Virus record (IMG/VR): IMGVR_UViG_3300012346_000137
Location: 48,731 to 112,730 of that record
Direction: 5' to 3' (one strand)
DNA from: a virus
Taxonomy: Duplodnaviria; Heunggongvirae; Uroviricota; Caudoviricetes
DNA length: 64,000 nt
Of the stretch, positions 13,701 through 22,900 are shown piece by piece. Every line of letters starts with the position of its first letter. Position 1 is the stretch's first letter. The position numbers and the translations under genes are program-made. The notes below the pieces were generated by a model. It was not told the DNA's origin. It searched no databases and saw only the letters and a program-made list of their open reading frames with translations.

Positions 13701-16700
13701 CTCTTGCTCAAGCTGTCTAAGCTGAGATTGTAATCCAGTTAATTCTTCTCTTAACTCACCTAAGCTACGTTCATTAGGAATTACATCCACCTCATCAATG
13801 TTTGCAAGGTCTCTCTCAAATTCAAGGAAGTCACTCATTAAATTTGGATTAGCCATTCTAACCTCAGGATTAGCAAGTAAGTATTCTTGTAATGCTAATG
13901 GAGTGTATGGTAAGTTTGGATATTTAGTATCAAACTTTTTTATTAAATCTAAAGCTAAATCAACAGCTTGATCTAATGCACCTTGTACACCATCTATAAG
14001 TTTAGCAATTGTATTGATGTTATTACCTGTCTCAATAATTAAATCTTCTATGTTAGTCTTTTGTTCCTTCAAATCTTCAAGGAACTCTGAACCAGACACA
14101 TTCATCAAATCAATACTATCAAACACATCATTAAGATATGCTTGGTTAAACTCTAGATTTTCTTTCTCAGCTTCTAGTTCTTGAATCTCATTAACTAACT
14201 GATCTTTTAATTTAGATAATTTAGATGCAGTTTTAATAGCATTTGCAGTAGTTCTTTTAAATGCATTTGTTTTGGTCATCTCACCACCTTTGAGTTTATT
14301 CTCAATTGTAGTAATGTCCTTAACTATAGTTTCAAGTTCTGAGTACTTTCTATCAAGTAGTTGTTTTGTTTTAGATAACTTCTCACTCACCTCATCGTGT
14401 AACTCTGCAATTACCTTTAATCTAGCTTCTTGCTTAGCTTCAAACTTAGCATCCTTCTCTTCAGAGAATTCTTGTTCTGCTTGCTTTTGAGCAGCAGTTA
14501 ATTCTCCAACTGCAGTGATGATAGCTTTATTATATCCTTTTTGAGGAACAAATTGTTTACCTGATACCTCAATAGATTTAATCTTCCCTTTCTTATCTCT
14601 ATACACAAATTCCAACACTCCATCTTTTGAAGAGTATTGTAATCTACCTTTAACCTTGTTACCTTTACCAAAGTTGAATTCAAATGCAGTGTTAGCATGC
14701 TCTAAGAAATACTTAGCCTTCTTGTTATTTAAAGTGTCAGACACCTTACCTAACTTATAGTCAGCTAAAACTTCTTTAGATACATCTCTTATTGTACCAT
14801 TAGCTTCTTTAATCTTAATTGTACCATCTCCATTATCACCTAATATAGTAAGTCTAGGGAAACGATATACTTCCTTACCATCTTTACTATATTCAACCAC
14901 CTTACCTAAGAAGTATTCTTCTCCAACTTCTACATTCTCCTCACCATCTTTAGTTTTAATACTAACAGTTTCTTTAATAGCACCAGGTTCTTTAACAGCA
15001 CCAGGTTCAGTTGTTGTTTCTTTATCCTCCTCCTTAGTTTCTACAGCTGTATACTTAGCTGGGTTCTTTTTAATATCATCATATTCTTTAATGAAACTAT
15101 TTCTACGAAGAGCTATTTCAGAAAGGTCTACTAAGTTTTGAGCAATGTCAGCCTTTTGGTCATCATTGATATCTTTTCTGTTCTCAATACCTTCAAGTGC
15201 TTTGTTGTATGCTTCTGAGTCACCTGCAATGATAGAGCTAGTAATCTCACTTGTATTAGTAATACCTTGAGATATTAAATCAGATACAAGACTTATAGAT
15301 CTATTATCATAATCAGAGATCTTAGTGGCAGCATATACCATCTTGTCCATAACTTCATCGTTATAAACTTTCTTCTTATCAGCATCAATTAATCCACCAT
15401 AACGTAAGTTTAAAGACTGATATAAAGAATGGATGTTTTCTGCTGTGTTCTCTAAGTTAGAAAGTCTCTGTAAGTATTGTGGTCTAGTATCCCCAGACAA
15501 TGCCTTACCCTCAGCCTGCAATTGAGCAAATCCTTCTTCTGTAGAAGCTAATTGTCTATAAGTATTAATGTCATCTTTAACTAAATCAAATCTACCATAC
15601 TTAATACGTGGAGTTAAGTAGTTGATAACATAGTCTGCTTCTTTATCTTTACTCTCAAGAATATCTCCTTGTCTAAGAAGTTTTTCTCTTTCTTCTTGTA
15701 ATACAGTACCTCTGTTAACAGAATCAATTGTATCTTTAGTAAAACTAGATAATTGATAGTTTGAGAACTGCTGAATAGCCTTTGCAGTGTTGTCAGCTAT
15801 TTCTTTATTCTCTGAGTATCTAGATCTTGCAGTCATCAATGCACCTGATAAACCTCCAATAAGAACGTTCTCCATACCCTCATTTGTTGTAAGAGTTTGG
15901 GTGATACCTTCTGATAAAGAGCTTAACCAGCTTGTTGCTTGATTATTATATTTCTTATTGTAGTAGTCTTGTGTACTAGCTTGAACAGCATATTGTGCAC
16001 CTTCTTCAAATCCTTCTGCTATAGAGAAAGTGTAAGGTCTAATTTTATCTACAGTATTAATAAGTTTACCAAATCTTGGAGCCTTTGCTATATACTTGCC
16101 TGCAGCACTATCAAATACCACATCGTCAATCTCTTTTGCTAAACTATTAACAATGCCCTTCTCAGCCTTATATGAAGATCCTAATATCTTAGGGAATTGA
16201 ATATAGTTAGTTGCTGATAACAATCCTATGTTAGCCCAAAGACTTGAGTTACCTACACCTTCTGCTTCTTTATTAATTCTTTCTAAAGCTGCACCTGTAG
16301 GCTCAACACCATTTATACTTTTATATTCTTCTATTCTTTTATTTCTGAACTCGTTCATATTATTATATGCTTCGAATCCAGCTTCACCTGTAGTAGCTAA
16401 TCCTGCTACAATAGCACGTTGACCTTTGCTTAATACATTGTATTGTCCTAAAAATCTATTAGATAAAGAAGATAATTTACCATATGCTTCTGCACCTTTA
16501 TTTGCTGCTAGTAACCCTTCTTCAGTTGCAGCTAATGCTTCTGCAGCTCTACCAACAGATATAAGTCTAGCAGCACCAGGTATAACCTTTAATGCATTTG
16601 CCACCCCAGATATAGCACCTGCGTACACGTTACCTGCTAATGCAGCACCTGCAGCAAATCCCATATTCTTAATAATACCATCCCAGAAGAAGTTAGCACT

Positions 16701-17255
16701 AAACAACTTACTTGGAGAATACCAGTTAGCAGCTTTCTCTGCATCTGTATAATAGTTAGGAAGAGCATCTTCCAATTTTTTATTTAATTCATCTAATTGT
16801 CTGTTGAACTCATTGTCATAAAATGACGCAAGTCTACCATCCATCTTTGCTCTAGCCAAACCATTAACTAAACCTACAGTAGATTGTAAGAATGTTGTTC
16901 CTGTAATAGCCAATCCTTTACCAACAGCGTTAGCCATTTTATCTGTCCAACCTTGCCCAAGAGCATATGCATCTTCATTATTATAATCTCCAGGAACAAA
17001 ATTATCGTATCTATTAGACATAGATTCGCCTAAGCTTCTTAGTTTAGAACCTCCTGTCATAAGATCACTTGGACCCTTAATAGAATTTTGTAATGCTGTA
17101 AGAGCAGATGGAGCTGGTCCATCACCTGGAAGACTTAGACCACTAGTATCAAGTCCTGTGTATGCTATATTAGGACTAGCTGATCTTTCTTCAAAATTCC
17201 TTGGTTGGTTAGACTCTCTTAAAAGGGATAAATCTGTTAATGGAGTATCTGGCAT
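4725..17255 (-). CDS. giant virion protein (4176 aa); candidate virion-packaged RNA polymerase / multi-domain cargo protein
   Basis: Single uninterrupted 12.5-kb ORF. It contains GSDFDIDK (aa 3295-3299, nt 7359-7373), which resembles the DxDGD/NADFDGD metal-binding loop of double-psi beta-barrel (DPBB) RNA polymerases. It also contains AYHEVFHAIF (aa 1921-1925, nt 11481-11495), a zincin HExxH motif. The N-terminus has Gly/Ala-rich hydrophobic stretches. Crassvirales phages are known to package giant RNAP-containing proteins encoded downstream of the tail module. Confidence 0.5.
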   Translation of the reverse strand: MPDTPLTDLSLLRESNQPRNFEERSASPNIAYTGLDTSGLSLPGDGPAPSALTALQNSIKGPSDLMTGGSKLRSLGESMSNRYDNFVPGDYNNEDAYALGQGWTDKMANAVGKGLAITGTTFLQSTVGLVNGLARAKMDGRLASFYDNEFNRQLDELNKKLEDALPNYYTDAEKAANWYSPSKLFSANFFWDGIIKNMGFAAGAALAGNVYAGAISGVANALKVIPGAARLISVGRAAEALAATEEGLLAANKGAEAYGKLSSLSNRFLGQYNVLSKGQRAIVAGLATTGEAGFEAYNNMNEFRNKRIEEYKSINGVEPTGAALERINKEAEGVGNSSLWANIGLLSATNYIQFPKILGSSYKAEKGIVNSLAKEIDDVVFDSAAGKYIAKAPRFGKLINTVDKIRPYTFSIAEGFEEGAQYAVQASTQDYYNKKYNNQATSWLSSLSEGITQTLTTNEGMENVLIGGLSGALMTARSRYSENKEIADNTAKAIQQFSNYQLSSFTKDTIDSVNRGTVLQEEREKLLRQGDILESKDKEADYVINYLTPRIKYGRFDLVKDDINTYRQLASTEEGFAQLQAEGKALSGDTRPQYLQRLSNLENTAENIHSLYQSLNLRYGGLIDADKKKVYNDEVMDKMVYAATKISDYDNRSISLVSDLISQGITNTSEITSSIIAGDSEAYNKALEGIENRKDINDDQKADIAQNLVDLSEIALRRNSFIKEYDDIKKNPAKYTAVETKEEDKETTTEPGAVKEPGAIKETVSIKTKDGEENVEVGEEYFLGKVVEYSKDGKEVYRFPRLTILGDNGDGTIKIKEANGTIRDVSKEVLADYKLGKVSDTLNNKKAKYFLEHANTAFEFNFGKGNKVKGRLQYSSKDGVLEFVYRDKKGKIKSIEVSGKQFVPQKGYNKAIITAVGELTAAQKQAEQEFSEEKDAKFEAKQEARLKVIAELHDEVSEKLSKTKQLLDRKYSELETIVKDITTIENKLKGGEMTKTNAFKRTTANAIKTASKLSKLKDQLVNEIQELEAEKENLEFNQAYLNDVFDSIDLMNVSGSEFLEDLKEQKTNIEDLIIETGNNINTIAKLIDGVQGALDQAVDLALDLIKKFDTKYPNLPYTPLALQEYLLANPEVRMANPNLMSDFLEFERDLANIDEVDVIPNERSLGELREELTGLQSQLRQLEQELGAKELIVNKFQAIATAYKLQKEQEKKLAKDAKLRQELIGINSTDTQNEPSNAKTYQPEAKKDWWEVLGSTIATLFEGREHQLRADRFGNRFSEITKDKSIKGIIVTAKNQHLIAGFENNPETKKVGLMQHLAGEKKEIDPNQTIAMVMVQSNDDGTFTPVDEFGNPIPQGANLIDTAIYQVFPAKELMQSYKDASGNWVRQSMFRDDVANNKTLRQELEKQYDTWRNEQLSKETISAPREISASFGIGEYVKTKNDKGVEVIDYDAQTGVTEAGLVTDADLAVDPLVSVATNNDSVTEGSVTFNTPLGRVFLKAKGGLVKLLNRKFNVNEATLMVDVLKQIAKNTFDDRTVKSKRNQVLINWLKSVAYWGIAKNTQTKERKQAGYNNIWFEDVVDAAGEPSTQLFISGKGASIPFTETSIETNRDMLVTAFTAMYNNANATMLRQKAFNDPYSEIVGLNADGTPIVKEWKNYQTFLLSSKGRNKGEVPFTTAFKPLVGENDSNRTGIYFTLTDTRDVYTFPQPAAVVKQVPVTQPAPKATTPQQAQQPAPVQGFKLDGQTVNNMQLNSGLVTFVLDLQKFISSKGDLLAAGFSVKAMPETTSTLMAARNIDERSANELIIQSVYTKLKPILDEALVPVEVPTTDVPEQDQVAFDEEPIIVPSDEVYSLQEENEVGSFENEDWTAVEKWLKENVPGVPVYRVKNIIKATNGRQAWGMFRKGAIYVYENAQVGTAYHEVFHAIFNMFTDATERKVIFDEFRNRKGTFTALNDNLEDITISYSEASDKQIEEQLAEEFKDYTLSRKIYKAEPSKNAIVRFFTELFNTIKEFFVGSNAASNTETLFKNIGEGYYKTAIPYEYNLSLAENNVIDIEDARATKDSMFSIARVPQTQVHEIMEHMTYSVLSELAKNNESLFTASVVLNKTDKYNELKDEISNLIRHKKQIITDPVAKANYEMLHYNVMLEWDSLKKKHIEYLKTYNVEFDENDEAIVRDEDASGKSDWQDARKMDNFKKINATIRLLIGTLPTMEMKADGSMKPVRSSIYGMKLTPLDKSYITLMNKLHSATNFDDMMSKLRALGNENPTYASLYFRLTRSKVTEGPIDYSKLTDEHHVQLIAGFWRAFKKLNADVQVVFTLPSGEVIVSNSALSTAATQERSNMASALIASIRSTNPYVKYDAAKKEYTSQAPVSNYKLVSDDIDTYTEFLSKFGIKLDPKQIRAKIKGNQLTAFKDAVEGLQNSLSKLSGVKTLNTKTLGIDGRLLQLGTISAILKNPEFESTYFNLNGDRVQTYLGTNLVSDMHDVISNVKNYNELGSTKYARLVNDAFSKGSATLNKMFNITGDAADGRRISNTTDLLKPAYVDGYVNEQTNKKKESSKLNFKERLIQEINLNLNGFYMNLVPGDASIEWMVNMGQFVTKNQFDNTGYDAIHKIFREYFISEVNVAREDRPIVKLKLTPKEIKAGKEQRESTDLRFFKAILSKEDHKDIVKRLSSKDSAEKIYNDFKAKIEAAVEDKIREEAMVSRMTFGKYGIASLNEAGEIVTEGVALENYDGMTEADLMSQLSLLAANYMIANIELHKLVYSDPYQYKDELKRIKNFNSPRQPLLANSQGINTMLDKAYNKGFEPTDIGYTDFIRDYFKSITLADVISKSDLKDYGVFEETDGGGYISMRANRNLRIRAGQWNSLEERQYRFDIAYEKAVKGGATKLELNELMKDNPNIKSAYTPIKPIVAGNKLDGNNWNDVVLDKFALFPLSFRLLHELNPDSNAIKLYNKMQKNDIDYAVYGTGRKVGAKTPVKLYNENGKFNNAEVNEDENVSNIPFDIIGIQAEVPSKDTNDTTQGSQITKLVTMDLMQAGVPVDFAPEITDIDERFAAWTALEDKFSYNDGKNLYNEILTNQRILEEKINYGFDTLIDQLGIVRTDKGIKLNNKKKLIDTLKDEMYKREVNDNIIEAFDSFENDEVILEATPAYQQIRNILYSIADRNISSQKINGGLKVQVPVTLLESVRAEVDPETGAYVSNELKFYEKDGERVCEIMVAKWFDDSMMTEEEAMEFFKSPEGQEVLRGVAYRIPTQSQNSIDVFKIAKFLPKGYGDSVIIPSALVKKVGSDFDIDKLSIYLKNIYKDAAGKIRLVPFHGFGEEAKAKFGELFDSITKDKTDLTEAKITKLSGMQELWSNILSGNASDKQVDKWIPIFKSMYGEELTGIEIAQALQRKLEKAGKDIDKLTNADLLAAARAEFVEKYYGKSLENAYITSLEGLITNPANFDQLTQPNDAQLLKDLAYEINEKLGIEQPDYSSTANMLSREKMTGLRQDFVTGKYAIGIAAVAQTNNAQNQRSLIYLDPTRNISAEDRHYIGDGSIALPHNQITVNGQKRATLSKITDTAGRAISDVIGMFIDGYVDISKGAWIMDLGARPNTASTWLFLTKIGVPIKTTAYFMNQPIVKQYLQTIENQGYSWLFIDQFAQDAIESFDSADVTTSEMPNEKKLGEMVGMKSEDMSPLQKAQQQLILKEFVKYAKMAEHLFKVQQATSFDTASFNDPMLLFKKNEQIKAAEKTIISSVNDILENSFVGHLREVLNDVREAYSDILVSEKPRVRATVEAVLSKHIQLNDREFVKFARNTINNLFDWATQIDRKLTNRLAATLLGSDTAVSAAQEIMNFKSAVMNDPNHPLKDNIIINALQMNKGGKDGQPDNLYLTAKDSKIYNQNQIIFGFRELKDRVPKELYGKLVRVAVLQSGLTNSKISFSSLLPYTDFKEIYNDTLAKLEEMPNLADFIDLNVMERTLYTNSEVVPSKKARWIKTKAGNWMYNLEMKFLSKRLSKAMGNKKIPQMVNISTLSREGASDIITYVWEDMKYTKAQKAEMRKKGDYSYINKGLFKKVYNSAGNPIVYLSTAKDGRVYESFVYKAINTWGDSFRANEFYGKLVPGDADSTLAQKGIFDNGYIKVDEVEDSVIEDVMGDEAVSMQTKIESEPENINEKLPCQGGVSF

Positions 17256-19864
17256 TAGAATGGATTTTTAGAAGCGTTTTTGATAATTTGTAAGTCTCTT
17301 GCTGTAGCTGGTCTATTGTTAGTCATTTCATATAAAGCAGCATCAGTGAAACCTAATCGTTGGTTTGTAATGTCTTCAGCACTCATAGCTGGAGCACCAT
17401 TTGCTGGATAAGGAATATCTCTCATCCATTTTTTACTAATAGGATTGAATATAGATAATCTAAATCCATATCCATCACCTCTTGGTACTAAATTAGCTTT
17501 AATACCATATGTTTTTACATTAGGGAAGTCAATATTACTCATGTAAGAATTGTACTCATTACTTGAAGATGAACCATCAGTAGCAGTAGTGTTTCCACCA
17601 AGTGCTCTTAATGTTTCAATATAAGGCATTGCAGCTTGAGCTGCAGGAGGTGTATCAAATAAATTTCCCATAGATGCACGTTTTTGTTCAGGAGACAATG
17701 TAAAACTTACTGTTTGTCCCTTTTTACCTAAAGCTGTAACTCTATAAGAAGTAGGTTGATACTCTGTACCACCAGCCACCTTAACTGTTATATTCTCAAG
17801 ATCAGATGCAACAAGCTTAAGGTCTTCAGCTGTACCTGTAGATCCAGGAAGTCTTCCTGATTGAGCATCTGCTAACTTTGCTGCAGATAACAAGAATCCA
17901 CTAGCTTGACCTTTTTGAGCAGGATTAAATGTAGGAACAGTGTATTCAACACCTTGTCCTACTGAAATACGTTTATATACCTCGTTTGCAATCTCTTCAT
18001 TCTTTTTAGAAAGAGTACTACCATAAGGATAATAAACATTTTTATTATACCAAGAAGCAACTTCTTTTAATTTTTTATCTGCAGCACTTTTATCTAAACC
18101 ATGATATGCTCTCCATAACTTATATTCTTTTGGAGACATACTTTCTCGTGCACCTTTCTCATTGTAATTAACAGTTACAGCACCACCTGGACCACTTGGA
18201 GAAGTGCTACTTACAAACTTATTAGACGATGCTGAAAATTGTGCAAGTTCTTGTGGTGTATATTTGAAATCAAGATTAGGAGATTTATAACTTACAACTG
18301 GTGCTCTTTCTGGAATAAACTTGTTTATTGTACCATACTTAGCATCTGCTGCTTTAGTAATGTCAGCAATCATTCTACCCTTTGTTTCTACATTTCTTCT
18401 CAATCCTTCTGTCTGATTAAAATAAGCAGCAACATCAGCATCTACACCATTAGGTCTAGCTTCCCACGCTGCTCTTTGAGCACTTAACCACGCTGCATCT
18501 TTTCCACCATGAGACTTTAAAAACTGAGCATCACTTAAATTTAATTGTTGACTATCTCTAGTAACATCTGCAATTATTTTACCTGTAGTAACTTTAGGTA
18601 ATTCTTCTTGAGGAATATCAGAAAGAAGACCACCAAACAATCCTTGATTTAATTTATCTTGAGAAGCAATTTTTCTTTCTTCTTGGTCATATTCTTTAGT
18701 TTTCCAATAACTATCAAAAGCAAGTTTTTGTAAAAACTCTTGATGTTCTTGATTAGCCCTATCTCTTTTAAATTGCATTTCAGCAAGAGGGTTATTCTCC
18801 CAACCTTGCTCAATTTCTTTATAAGAAAAAGCATTACTGAAGTCTGCTAAAGCATCTATTGAAAACAAGTTTGCTTTTGCAGAATCAAGTTTGTTTTCAT
18901 CTGCAAGTTTTATCAACTTAGATTGTTGACTATCATAACTTGTTATATATTTATTTACGTTTTCTATCTTTGTTCTAATGTCTTCTTTTATTGTAGCATC
19001 ACTTGTTTGCCCTAAAAGTTCTTCTAATTTATTTTTCTTTTCTACAAATAATTTTCTTTTAAAGTCAAAATTACTTTGGATCAATCCTTTAACTTCATCT
19101 TGAGTTTTGTATCCATTATAAGTATACATTCCATCAAGTTCCATTTGTTTTAATGCTGCTGGAGATAATCCAACTTGTAATGCTTGTTGAATCTTTTCAG
19201 GAGAAAGCCCTTTGTATTTGTCTACCTTAATAGCATCTGCCAATACCATTACAGGTTTACCTGTTGCATCAAGTATAGGTCTTCCTGTTTTAGGATCTAA
19301 TTTAGGAGTAAAAGCATCTTCTGTAATTGTGCTATCTCCTGTAAGAGATTTAAGGATTTCTAATCCTTCTTTCTTCCAGTTAGTATATGGATCATATCCT
19401 CCAGAGAAAGCTGCATCAGCTCCACCATTTACCCAAGCATCATGTCTTTTTTGTAAATCAAGATCATTAGATGGAGAAGTCTTACCTTCTTTTTGATAGG
19501 CTTTTCTTTCCTCTAATGCTTTTTTATAAGTAGCAGTTGATGCAACAGCATTCTGAACAAAAGGATCTTTAACAATGTTTGTAGCCATACCACCAACAGA
19601 GTTAACTAATTGCTGATTAGAGAAGTCTCCAGCAGCAACAGTCTTTAACTTAGAATTTAATTCGTTAAGTTTAGACTGCAACATCTCTTTGTCCTGAGGT
19701 CTATACACATCCATTCCAGCTATATTATCTATATAACCTTGAATCTTTTGTACTCCCTGGTCATATTGAGCTTGCTTTTGCATGCCAACTTGAACCATTG
19801 CTTCTACTGGAAGCTGGGATACGTAAGGGTTAAATGTTTGTACTTGATCTGTAAACGATGCCAT
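17255..19864 (-). CDS. virion structural protein, unknown function (869 aa)
   Basis: Long ORF in the structural operon with a clean ATG at 19864. No recognisable motifs. Confidence 0.5.
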   Translation of the reverse strand: MASFTDQVQTFNPYVSQLPVEAMVQVGMQKQAQYDQGVQKIQGYIDNIAGMDVYRPQDKEMLQSKLNELNSKLKTVAAGDFSNQQLVNSVGGMATNIVKDPFVQNAVASTATYKKALEERKAYQKEGKTSPSNDLDLQKRHDAWVNGGADAAFSGGYDPYTNWKKEGLEILKSLTGDSTITEDAFTPKLDPKTGRPILDATGKPVMVLADAIKVDKYKGLSPEKIQQALQVGLSPAALKQMELDGMYTYNGYKTQDEVKGLIQSNFDFKRKLFVEKKNKLEELLGQTSDATIKEDIRTKIENVNKYITSYDSQQSKLIKLADENKLDSAKANLFSIDALADFSNAFSYKEIEQGWENNPLAEMQFKRDRANQEHQEFLQKLAFDSYWKTKEYDQEERKIASQDKLNQGLFGGLLSDIPQEELPKVTTGKIIADVTRDSQQLNLSDAQFLKSHGGKDAAWLSAQRAAWEARPNGVDADVAAYFNQTEGLRRNVETKGRMIADITKAADAKYGTINKFIPERAPVVSYKSPNLDFKYTPQELAQFSASSNKFVSSTSPSGPGGAVTVNYNEKGARESMSPKEYKLWRAYHGLDKSAADKKLKEVASWYNKNVYYPYGSTLSKKNEEIANEVYKRISVGQGVEYTVPTFNPAQKGQASGFLLSAAKLADAQSGRLPGSTGTAEDLKLVASDLENITVKVAGGTEYQPTSYRVTALGKKGQTVSFTLSPEQKRASMGNLFDTPPAAQAAMPYIETLRALGGNTTATDGSSSSNEYNSYMSNIDFPNVKTYGIKANLVPRGDGYGFRLSIFNPISKKWMRDIPYPANGAPAMSAEDITNQRLGFTDAALYEMTNNRPATARDLQIIKNASKNPF

Positions 19865-19950
19865 ATTATATGAATTAGCAAATGTAATTTAAAAAATTAG
19901 AATTACCAAGAGTTATAACAACTTTTGGTAATTTACTATAATTGAATTGG

Positions 19951-22900
19951 TTATAAATTTTTGATAGCTTTAACAATTGAACCATTCTTACTTTTTGGAG
20001 CCTTTGTATCATTTTTAATCTTAGCCTCATACGCATTAGTTAATGCCTTAGCTCTCTCGTATTCACTTAAACTAGACAGGTTTCCACTTGGTGTAGTACT
20101 TCCTACAGTAGGATTATTAAATTGATAAGGATCATTAAAGTTGATAGCTCTACCTTGGTTATCAAATCTGTATTTATACAAGTTTTCCATAACACCTAAC
20201 TGTCTGTTCTCAAGCTTGTTCTTAGCTGTTTTATCAGCAATAGACTTCATTGCTTCTAATGCTTGAGCTTTAGTGTTAGACTTAGCTTGCTGTTGTCTAA
20301 CATATTGTTGATCAAGGAGTTGCAAGTTTTGCATCTGTGCTTGGTCAAGTCTTTGTCTATTCTGAGCATACACTTCTTCTTTTCTAAGTTGGTTAGCTCT
20401 GAATTGTTCAGCCAATACTTTATTCTTTGCTTGAGAGACATTAGCAAAGATTGCTGCTGCAGCTTCAGGATTGTATTGAGACATTCTCTCAGCAGCTCTA
20501 GATTGAGCTGTGATTTCGTTCAATTGATCTTGGTAAGAGATATCAGAAGGAGCACCTTGTAATAATGGTTGGAACTTCTGAGCTTGTACAGGATCTACCT
20601 GGTTTGTAGCTAAAGCTAACATCTCAGGATATAATTGAGCAGGATCTAAAGGTTCTTGGTCTGTAGGTCTTAATAATGGTGCAAGATTGGATAATGCAGC
20701 TTGACCTATTTCTGCCCAATTTGTTTTCTCTGGTTTCTTTGGTTGTACCATAGATTTTCCAATAGCTTCTACTTTACTAAGATCGCTTGGAGATATCTTC
20801 TTATTCAATATTCTATCGTTTAAATCTTTCTCAATACTAGGATAGCCCATGTCTGTTACATACTCATGTGTAATAGGATCATAGAATCCCTCAGATGATT
20901 GATCAACATATGTTAATATTGGATCAGTGCTTAAATTATATGTATTTTTAGAAGTAGGTTGTTCTGTACTCTTAGAAGACTTAGCTTTAGATTTAGCACT
21001 TCCACCTTTTGAACCACTAGTCTTAGCTGTAGTTACACTAACAGGTCCTGTTGCATTATCAGTTGTTGCTGCTTGAGGATTCTTAGCATTTACTACAGCA
21101 ACTGTAGCAGAAGGTGCTGCTGACTGTGGTTGAATATATGGACTACCATACATTAATGAATTCGTAAGGTCTGGGTTATAATTTGTGAAATTTCTAGTAC
21201 CATACATTAACTGACTTGATAACTCTGGATTAATTGGTCTATCTACTGAGTAAGAACGATCATCAGCATTCATTAATGTATTTGTAAGTTCTGGGTTGAA
21301 GTAATGAGGTTTAGGTTTTGCTCCTAACATTCTTGCAAATAAAGGAAGTTGACCACGTTCAGTTACATAATGTTTAGCCCCTTCATACAATGTACCACCT
21401 GGTCCTTGAGCTTTTGCTATTTGTTCAGCAGTAAGAGGACCACCTGCAAACTTACCATTCTGTGCTTTTTTTACATTTGTACCAAACTTAGCTTGTTTAA
21501 TCTTTCCTTGAGACAATGCATCAGACTCTAATCCACGTTCTTCAGCAGTCTCTAAGATAGCATTCTGTACTGCTGCTGCATCTAATTTCTTTTTAGCAAT
21601 ATTCTTTAAGTTCATAGTTGCACCAATATAATCAGCATTAATAGAATTCATTTCTAATATATCATTATTATTAGCAGTTGCTGCACGTTTGCTTGCTTTA
21701 TCTAAAATCTTGTTTTGTTTAGCTTCAGTTTTACTAAGATCAGCTACATAGTTTTTATATTTCTTTCCTTTAGCTTTAGGATCATTTATTTGGTCAGCAG
21801 CAAATTGGTCAATTTTCATATTACCAAATACTACACCACCATCGTTCATCTCAGTCATTGGTTCACCTCTTTCCACTTCTACAGGACTATCTCCATAAGT
21901 GATACCAATACCAGATTGTCCTTTACCATTTGTTTCATCATGAGACTGACCTCTGAACATAACAGTTTCACCACCACCTGGGATGTATGGATTGTAAGAC
22001 ATTAATTCAGGACGTCCACCCCAATGAGTTTGTAAGTTACCACCCATTGCCATGTATCCACCATCTTCCATATTTGGCAAACCACCTGGTATAGCTTTAC
22101 TCATTTCTTGTAAATATCCTTGAGCTTTAGTCTCATCTAACTTATCATATCTATCCATGATTTGTTTTTTACCAATCAAGTTTAAGAATGGTCTACGCTC
22201 TTCTGTTCTTTTAAGTGTGTTAATAGCTTCTCCTCCTTCTGGAGCAATTCTACTAAATTCAGAATACTTATTACCATCTCCTTTACCATACATATATGTT
22301 TCATCTGCAGGTTGTCCAGCAGTCATATTCTTACTATAGATAGATCTTATTAAATCTTGTTTATAATCTTGTTTATTATTATTGGTAGTAGTACGATCAT
22401 TAAGTTCTGAATATGACTTAATATAAGTATCCTGAGGAGTACGATCTATAGGACCAGTAGGTACTTCTACACCTGGTTCATTGCTTCTCTTCATCCACTT
22501 ACCATACTGAGCCTTACCTGTAAACATTGCTTCAGCACTTGGTGCTGTATAGCCAACTTGTGCTAGGTGTCCTCCTGATCTCAATGTGTTCATTGTAGCG
22601 TCAGCTTTTAACAAATCTTTAACGCTATAATCACCAAATTTAGTAATTACTTGTGGTTGCCAGTTGTGACTTACGTAACCACCATCTTCCATAAAGCTAC
22701 CAAAGTTACCACGAATACCACTAAGCATTTGAGCACCAGCAGTTTCCATTGTGTTTTTTTGAGTTTGTGCTTGTAGACCTGCTAATTTATCTGCATCTTT
22801 CTTACCACCAAAAACATTATGACCTACAAAACCACCAATAGCTCCACCAATAGCCCCACCTAATGGACCACCAAACACGTTACCAATAGCAGAACCTACA